NCBI GenBank assembly: GCA_951406725.2
Contig: OX597833.1
Location: forward strand, 53,382,001-53,446,000
DNA length: 64,000 nucleotides
Source: Octopus vulgaris
Taxonomy: Eukaryota
Direction: 5' to 3'
Numbering within the stretch: the stretch's first letter is position 1; each line of letters starts with the position of its first letter. Made by a program: the position numbers and the translations under genes. The notes beneath the pieces are model-generated. The model saw only the letters and a list, made by a program, of their open reading frames with translations, had not been told where the DNA came from and did no database searches. This document shows positions 57,254 to 64,000 of this stretch, in pieces.

Positions 57254-57505
57254 ATATAAGGGATATTAGCCAACTGAATATGGCTAGGGACAGGGCAGGG
57301 TGGTGGGGGTGTCACTGTTGCATTTAGCCCCAGGCGAACATCAACGTCACCAGATAGGCCTGACGCCATCACGACGTCCTTTATCTTGCAAGTCGTGATG
57401 GCGTCAGGCCTATCTGGTGACGTTGATGTTCGCCTGGGGCTAAATGCAACAGTGACACCCCCACCACCCTGCCCTGTCCCTAGCCATATTCGGTTGGCTA
57501 ATATC

Positions 57506-57513
<8 letters not shown>
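57254..57513. repeat. Near-perfect inverted repeat, 122-bp arms, 16-nt loop
   Basis: 57254-57375 versus 57392-57513; one mismatch seen. Confidence 0.92.
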
Positions 57514-57547
<34 letters not shown>

Positions 57548-57550
<3 letters not shown>

Positions 57551-58222
57551 TAGTTTTGACCGCATTGGTCCCTCTTAGCGTGTTGGTATCTACGATTAGT
57601 AGTACCCTCAATATAATATAAATGAATATTTTCAAAGAGGAAGAATTTACGGATTTTTTTCTCTTACGAGGTTTTTCACGCTGACTACTGATAATTTCTT
57701 TTAAAGATTTTATCCTCAATTGTTAATTTATATTTTTCACTGGAATAGTTCAATACTGAATTTTTATTCCGACTAGACAATTTGTTACCGAAATGCATTG
57801 CGAATAAGCCCGCCATTTTCATAGATATGTAAAGATAAACATTCGTACATGCTACGACGAATTCTACGGTTGCCTATCGAGCTTGTAATGTTATGTTTTC
57901 CCTTATATTTCTTGAGTTTGTTGCACTGATGAACATGAAATGCATATTCTGCATTAAATGCGAAATCACATGTGATATGTAACTGAATTCTTTTTTAAAA
58001 TGATGTGTTTTGAAGTTTTGCATTCAGTAAAATTTTGTTTTTTTTAGTAGTTTTGACCGCATTGGTCCCTCTTAGCGTGTTGGTATCTACGATTAGTAGT
58101 ACCCTCAATATAATATAAATGAATATTTTCAAAGAGGAAGAATTTACGGATTTTTTCTCTTACGAGGTTTTTCACGCTGACTACTGATAATTTCTTTTAA
58201 AGATTTTATCCTCAATTGTTAA
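57548..58222. repeat. Partial tandem repeat: ~178-bp direct repeats about 497 bp apart
   Basis: 57548-57726 and 58045-58222 differ by one T in a homopolymer; bounded by (TA)n. Confidence 0.9.
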
Positions 58223-58699
58223 AATATATATATATATATGTATGTGTGTATATGTTTGTGTGTCTGTGTTTGTCTCTCTAGCATTACTTGACAACCGATG
58301 CTGGTGTGTTTACGTTCCCGTCACTTAGCAGTTCAGCAAAAGAGACCGATAGAATAAGTACTGGGCTTACAAAGAATAAGTCCCGGGGTCGATTTGTTCG
58401 ACTAAAAGGCGGTGCTCCAGCATGACCGCAGTCAAATGACTGAAACAAGTAAAAGAGAGAAAGAGAGAAAGAGTAGGGTCACATGTATAGCACCAAGTCA
58501 ATGTGAGAACTTCCAATGATAATAACCATGAACTCCAAAGAATTCATCATCATCATGGTTGTGTGGTATGAAGCTTGCTTCTCAACCACATAGTTCCGTG
58601 GTTCAATCCCACTGCATGGAATCTTGCTCAAGTGTCTTCCATTATATAGCCTCAGGTCTTGTGAGTTGATTTGGTAGACAGAAACTGAAAGAAGCCCAT

Positions 58700-58743
<44 letters not shown>

Positions 58744-58745
58744 CT

Positions 58746-59032
58746 AAGATTTGCTTCACCACACACCGAAGTTTAGAAATAGCAGCCAAAATCTTAGCTA
58801 TTTCTTCTACTTTAAAAAGGGTCTCCCAGAGAAACCAAAATACTTGAAGATAATTCAGAAACGCGCATCCATGGACGACCAGATATTGATTGATTTTCGT
58901 TGCTTTACTCTCTGCTTGTGTGAACTATCTTCAAGTAATTTGGTTTCTCTGGGAGACCCTTTTCAAAGTAGAAGAAATAGCTAAGATTTTGGCTGCTATT
59001 TCTAAACTTCGGTGTGTGGTGAAGCAAATCTT
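58746..59032. repeat. Inverted repeat, 112-bp arms, 63-nt spacer
   Basis: 58746-58857 versus 58921-59032, few mismatches. Confidence 0.9.
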
Positions 59033-59431
59033 TGCTGAACCCTTTTATTAGTATTACTTAAGTTTACCGTGAAATGGTCCTTTTTTCATACCGAATTCTA
59101 CTTGGTGAAATTATTGATTACTTCTTAATTAATTAATTTTACCCCTTGTTATTATATATATATATAGCTATATATATATAAATGATGGGTTTCTTTCAGT
59201 TTCCGTCTACCAAATCCATTCACTAGACTTTCACTGGCCCAAGGCTACAGGTAGAAAACACTTGCCCAAAGTGCTCTACGGTGGGATTGAACTCAGAAGC
59301 ATGTGGTTGAGAAGCAAGCTTCTTACCACACAGCCACACTTGTTACTGTTTTTCCTTTTTTTTCCCCTTTTTCCGTTTCTTTTGTAAAATGCTCCTCGTA
59401 ATAAATAACTTCAATGTATTGTTTATTTCAG

Positions 59432-59632
59432 CCAATCAGTACCATCTCGATAAATCATTCCTCCTCTATGAGTGGCTACGACAACACAACCTGGAATATT
59501 ATCATGAAAACTTCATGCAGTCGGGACGTGACTCACTTGACATTCTTGAGGAAATGGAACTTCCTGACGAAGAAATCTATGACGACTTGGAAATTACCCT
59601 GCCAGGACACAAGAAAAGACTGGAACGTGCAG
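59432..59632 (+). CDS. Tandem-SAM-domain protein, second coding exon (SAM-like domain 2)
   Basis: (A)NQYHLDKSFLLYEWLRQHNLEYYHENFMQSGRDSLDILEEMELPDEEIYDDLEITLPGHKKRLERA carries SAM hallmarks (WL...L..Y...F; I..PGHKKRL); acceptor TTTCAG, donor CAG|GTAATA; 201 nt, phase 1-1. Confidence 0.9.
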
Positions 59633-59703
59633 GTAATATGTTAATCTTGTTGTAAATTGATACACCTGATGTAGTTAGTAAAGGCATGTGGTCTATGTGG
59701 CCT

Positions 59704-60769
59704 AGCGGCTTGGGTGTTGGTTCTATGATCTCAAGATCATGGGTTCGATTCCTGGACAAGGCTGTGTATTTTGCATCCTGAGTTCAAACCCTACCTAAGT
59801 CATCTTTGCCCTTTCATATTTTTGGTGGGGGTTAGTGAAGAAAAAGCACGTTTCGATCAGAGCTCTTCGTCAAAAATATAGAAAAAAGGAAAAGTCCAAG
59901 GAAGGGAAGACGAAGAAAGAAAATCGCTAATGATACACATGCTTGTTTTAGTCATTAAACTACGGCCAGGCTGGGGCACCATCTCGGAGAAATTTTAGTC
60001 GAATGAATCGACCCAAGTACTTATATATTTTAAAGCCTGGTACTTATTCTATCAATCTCTTTTGCTGAACTGCTAGCTTATAGGGATGTAAACACACCGA
60101 CACTGGTTGTCAAGTGATGGTATGGGAGAAACATCAACACAAACACACACACACACATCATTGGTTGTCCTCCTCATGCACAAACAGATGAATTTTCTCC
60201 ACATTTCTGGAAATGACACTTGTGGCAGGTTTTCCAGATTGCTCATCGTCTTGCAGGACATTCTCCCGCTTTTGAAGCGCCAGTGTCACTCAAAACATTG
60301 CATACGACCCATAGCCTCATCGCTGTAAGCTTGCCAAAGCATGCTCGATGTGTCTGTAGCAGACATACCAAGTTTGGCTCTTTGTTCCAACTTGCTGTCC
60401 ATGTTCAGCAAAAGAGATTGATAGAATAAGTACCAGGCTTTAAAATATATAAGTACTTGGGTCGATTCATTCGACTAAAATTTCTCCGAGATGGTGCCCC
60501 AGCCTGGCCGTAGTTTAATGACTAAAACAAGCATGTGTATCATTAGCGATTTTCTTTCTTCGTCTTCCCTTCCTTGGACTTTTCCTTTTTTCTATATTTT
60601 TGACGAAGAGCTCTGATCGAAACGTGCTTTTTCTTCACTAACCCCCACCAAAAATATGAAAGGGCAAAGATGACTTAGGTAGGGTTTGAACTCAGGATGC
60701 AAAATACACAGCCTTGTCCAGGAATCGAACCCATGATCTTGAGATCATAGAACCAACACCCAAGCCGCT
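59704..60769. repeat. 367-bp inverted duplication (59704-60070 / 60403-60769)
   Basis: Arms are reverse complements; no difference spotted by eye. Confidence 0.92.
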
Positions 60770-60967
60770 GTATGAAATGACACTTGTGGCAGGTTTTCCA
60801 GATTGCTCATCGTCTTGCAGGACATTCTCCCGCTTTTGAAGCGCCAGTGTCACTCAAAACATTGCATACGACCCATAGCCTCATCACTGTAAGCTTGCCA
60901 AAGCATGCTCAATGTGTCTGTAGCAGACATACCAAGTTTGGCTCTTTGTTCCAACTTGCTGTCCATG
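60210..60967. repeat. 194-bp direct duplication (60210-60403 / 60774-60967) flanking the inverted copy
   Basis: GAAATGACACTTGTGGCAGG...CTTGCTGTCCATG occurs twice, with two G/A differences at CpG sites. Confidence 0.9.
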
Positions 60968-61290
60968 ACAAAATCACAGACTACAGCATACACGTGATCA
61001 CAAAAGCACAAACAACTTGTGGAGCAAAAACACAGCGATGTCACTCAGCACACTGCCTCATAAAGGTCACGGCTAGCTCTCACTGAGCACGCAACAGTGT
61101 ACTGCCATCTTTCTCTTTACTCTTTACTCTTTTACTTGTTTCAGTCATAAACACCTTCCACGCTGCAAATAAAAAAGTATTAAGGGCAATTCATTTGATT
61201 AAAACTCTTCAGAGCAGTATTCCAACATGACTGCAGTCCAATACGAAGTGATATCATAAAGCTCATGGAGTAGTTCTGTAGTGTGCCAAC

Positions 61291-61710
61291 AGGCGCAGGA
61301 GTGGCTGTGTGATAAGTAGCTTGCTTACGAATCACATGGTTCCGGATTCTGTCCCACTGCATGGCACCTTGGGCAAGTGTCTTTTACTATAGCCTCAGGC
61401 CGACCAATGCTTTGTAAGTGGATTTGGTAGACGGAAACTGAAAGAAGCCCGTCATATATATGTATTTATATATATATATGTGTGTGTGTGTATGTGTTTG
61501 TGTGTCTATGTTTGTCCCCCCAACATCACTTGACAACCGATGCTGGTGTGTTTACGTCCCAGTAACTTAGTGGTTCGGCAAAAGAGACTGATAGAATAAG
61601 TACTAGGCTTACAAAGAATAAGTCCTGGGGTCGATGTGCTCGACTAAAGGCAGTGCTCCAGCATGGCCACAGTCAAATGACTGAAACAAGTTGAAGATAA
61701 AAGATAAAAT
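61291..61710 (+). mobile_element. SINE family A copy
   Basis: Match to 9070-9490. Confidence 0.88.
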
Positions 61711-62018
61711 ATGTATGTTATGTATACGACAGGCTTTTGTCAGTTTCTGTCAACGAAATCCATTCATTAGGTTCTGGTCGGCCAGGGGCTACAGTTGAAG
61801 ATACTTGCCCAAGGTGTCACGCAGTGGGACTGAACCCGGAACCTTGTGGTTTGGGGGAGCAAACAAGTTATATCTGGCTAATATATTTACCTAGACATGT
61901 TTGCATGTATGTGCAAAGCTATTTTTAAAAAAACCCCACTCCACTGTCGTTATTTCAGCTCCACCATCACCACCACCACCACCACCCCACGGCTCCACAC
62001 AGCAGCACCCTAAGGCAC

Positions 62019-62059
<41 letters not shown>

Positions 62060-62479
62060 ACAGACCGTACCCTCTTCCCTCCTTTTCTACCCTCCGCCGC
62101 CGATATAACTTGCTCAAACAGAAATCACTACCCCCCGATTAACCGACCCCCCCGACCCCCCGACCCCCGACCCGTCCTTCTCCTCCGCTCTACCACCCGA
62201 CCATCACCCGCTAAACAACGACTATTAACAACGTGTTTGTACAAGTCCAAGTTTTTTAAGAGCAGCAGACAAAAGTATTTTTTCTGTAAGGACTTGATGT
62301 ACGTCTTTTACAGCAAGTATTATGGTTACTGTTGTTGTTGTTGTCGTTATCGCTGTTGCTGTTGTTATCTAATGATGTTGTTGCTATTGCTGCTGCTGCT
62401 GCTGCAGCTGCGGCTGATGCTGTTATTGCTTTTGACCTTTCGTCTTTAAAAACTATGTCAAGCTGAGAGGTAAAAAAAA

Positions 62480-63130
62480 AACCACGTAACTACGACGACA
62501 ACGACGACGGCGGCCCGTGGTGGTAGCAACGACGACGACGGTGACGATGGTGGTGGCGTCGTCGGTGGTGGTGGTGGTGGTGGTGGTGGTGATGGTGGTG
62601 GTGGTGGTGACGGTAGTGATGGTGGTGGTGTGGTGGTGGTGGTGGTGGTGGTGGTGGTGACGGTGTGGTGGTGGGTGGTGGTGGTGGTGGTGGTGGTGGT
62701 GACGGTGGTGGTGGTGGTGATGGTGGTGGTGGTGGTGGTGGTGGTGGTGTGGTGGTGGTGTGGTGGTGGTGGTGTGGTGGTGGTTGTGGTGGTGGTGGTG
62801 GTGGTGGTGGTGGTGGTGTGGTGGTGGTGGTGGCGGTGGTGGTGGTGACGGTGTCGGTGCTGGTGCTGGTGCTGGTAGTGGTGCTAGTGGTGCTGGTGGT
62901 CGTGGTCGTGGTGCTGGTGGTGGTGCTGGTAGTGGTGCTAGTGGTGCTAGTGGTGCTGGTGGTCGTGGTGGTATTGGTGGTGGTTTTGGTGGTGGTGGTG
63001 GTGGTGGTGGTGGTGGCGTGGTGGTGGTGGTGGTGGTGGTGGTGGCGTCGGTGGTGGTGGTGGTGGTGGTGGTGGTCGTGGTGGTCGTGGGTTTTGTAGT
63101 GCCCGGCGAAGTGGTAGAGGGGTGGTGGTA
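62480..63130. repeat. Compound (GGT)n repeat region
   Basis: Directly visible. Confidence 0.95.
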
Positions 63131-63749
63131 ATCCAGAAGAAATACCACCGCTTGGTAACTAAGCACACACATTAAACGCGCTACATACATCTACATTACA
63201 TATTATCATACATGCATGCACGCATACATACGTACACATTACATACATGTACATGCACATCTACTCTGTAAATATGAGGCAACGGGAGGTGGTCAATTGG
63301 CCAGCTAGAAATAGCAGCCTAATTCCTCCCTCAGATCACGCATTATACACTTAAACAAAAAACAAAGGAAACAAACAAAGAATATACAAGACAATGTGTT
63401 TAGTCCATCATCATCACCGTCATCATTATCTCAGTAGGCGATGTTTTTTTTTCTGGAGGGTGGTGGCACTTTAGGGTTAGCTATTTATATGCCTGTAAAA
63501 AAACTCAACAGCTGGCCCTGGCGGCACACTCACTAACTAGCTACACCGCCGCACCTTCGTCATCATCATCATCATCATTGTCGTCGTCGCCAGCGTCTAC
63601 TTTTCTATGCTTGCATGGGTCAGACGGAATCTGGCCATATCTATTTGGCTGGATGCCCTTCCTGTCGCCAACCCCTCACCTGTTTCCAAGCTTTAGCTGT
63701 GTTTTTTTATTTATTTATTTCTTCATGGAAGACTTCAAACAAATGACAT

Positions 63750-63793
<44 letters not shown>

Positions 63794-64000
63794 TTGAATT
63801 CTATTAGAGGTTGTTGTGTTAACCTCATGAAGGGATGGTCTCATCCAAAGAAATACTGGTTCAATAATTAGTGTTTCGGAGGAATAAATTTCTTTAAAAT
63901 AATAGGTCTATATATACTCTTTACTCTTTTACTTGTTTCAGTCATTTGACTGCAGCCATGCTGGAGCACCGCCTTTAGTCGAACAAATCGACCCCATGAC

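Overview
AT-rich, microsatellite-saturated eukaryotic DNA. The SINE and Penelope-type repeat families look like those I recall from octopus (coleoid cephalopod) genomes; this is an inference, not a database match. Nearly all long ORFs in the track are translations of (CA)n, (TA)n, (CATA)n, (GATA)n and trinucleotide repeats. The only host gene I can support is a plus-strand tandem-SAM-domain gene: coding exons 19794-19989 and 59432-59632 join in frame (phase 1) across a ~39.4-kb GT-AG intron, and the gene continues past the window. The rest is transposon-derived: three tRNA-headed SINE families, several MITEs, and decayed Penelope, HERO-like, Tx1/L1, RTE, Tigger and mariner fragments. Most notable are (i) a ~2.0-kb ORF1-only non-LTR element with an intact RRM-like/zinc-knuckle ORF, inserted with a 9-bp TSD into the tRNA-like head of a SINE; (ii) several minimal or variant hammerhead-ribozyme motifs in short Penelope-type terminal repeats; (iii) a cluster of long near-perfect inverted repeats and a template-switch-like rearrangement around SAM exon 2; and (iv) a TIR MITE family with an 8-bp duplication at one site and a 45-bp duplication at another.
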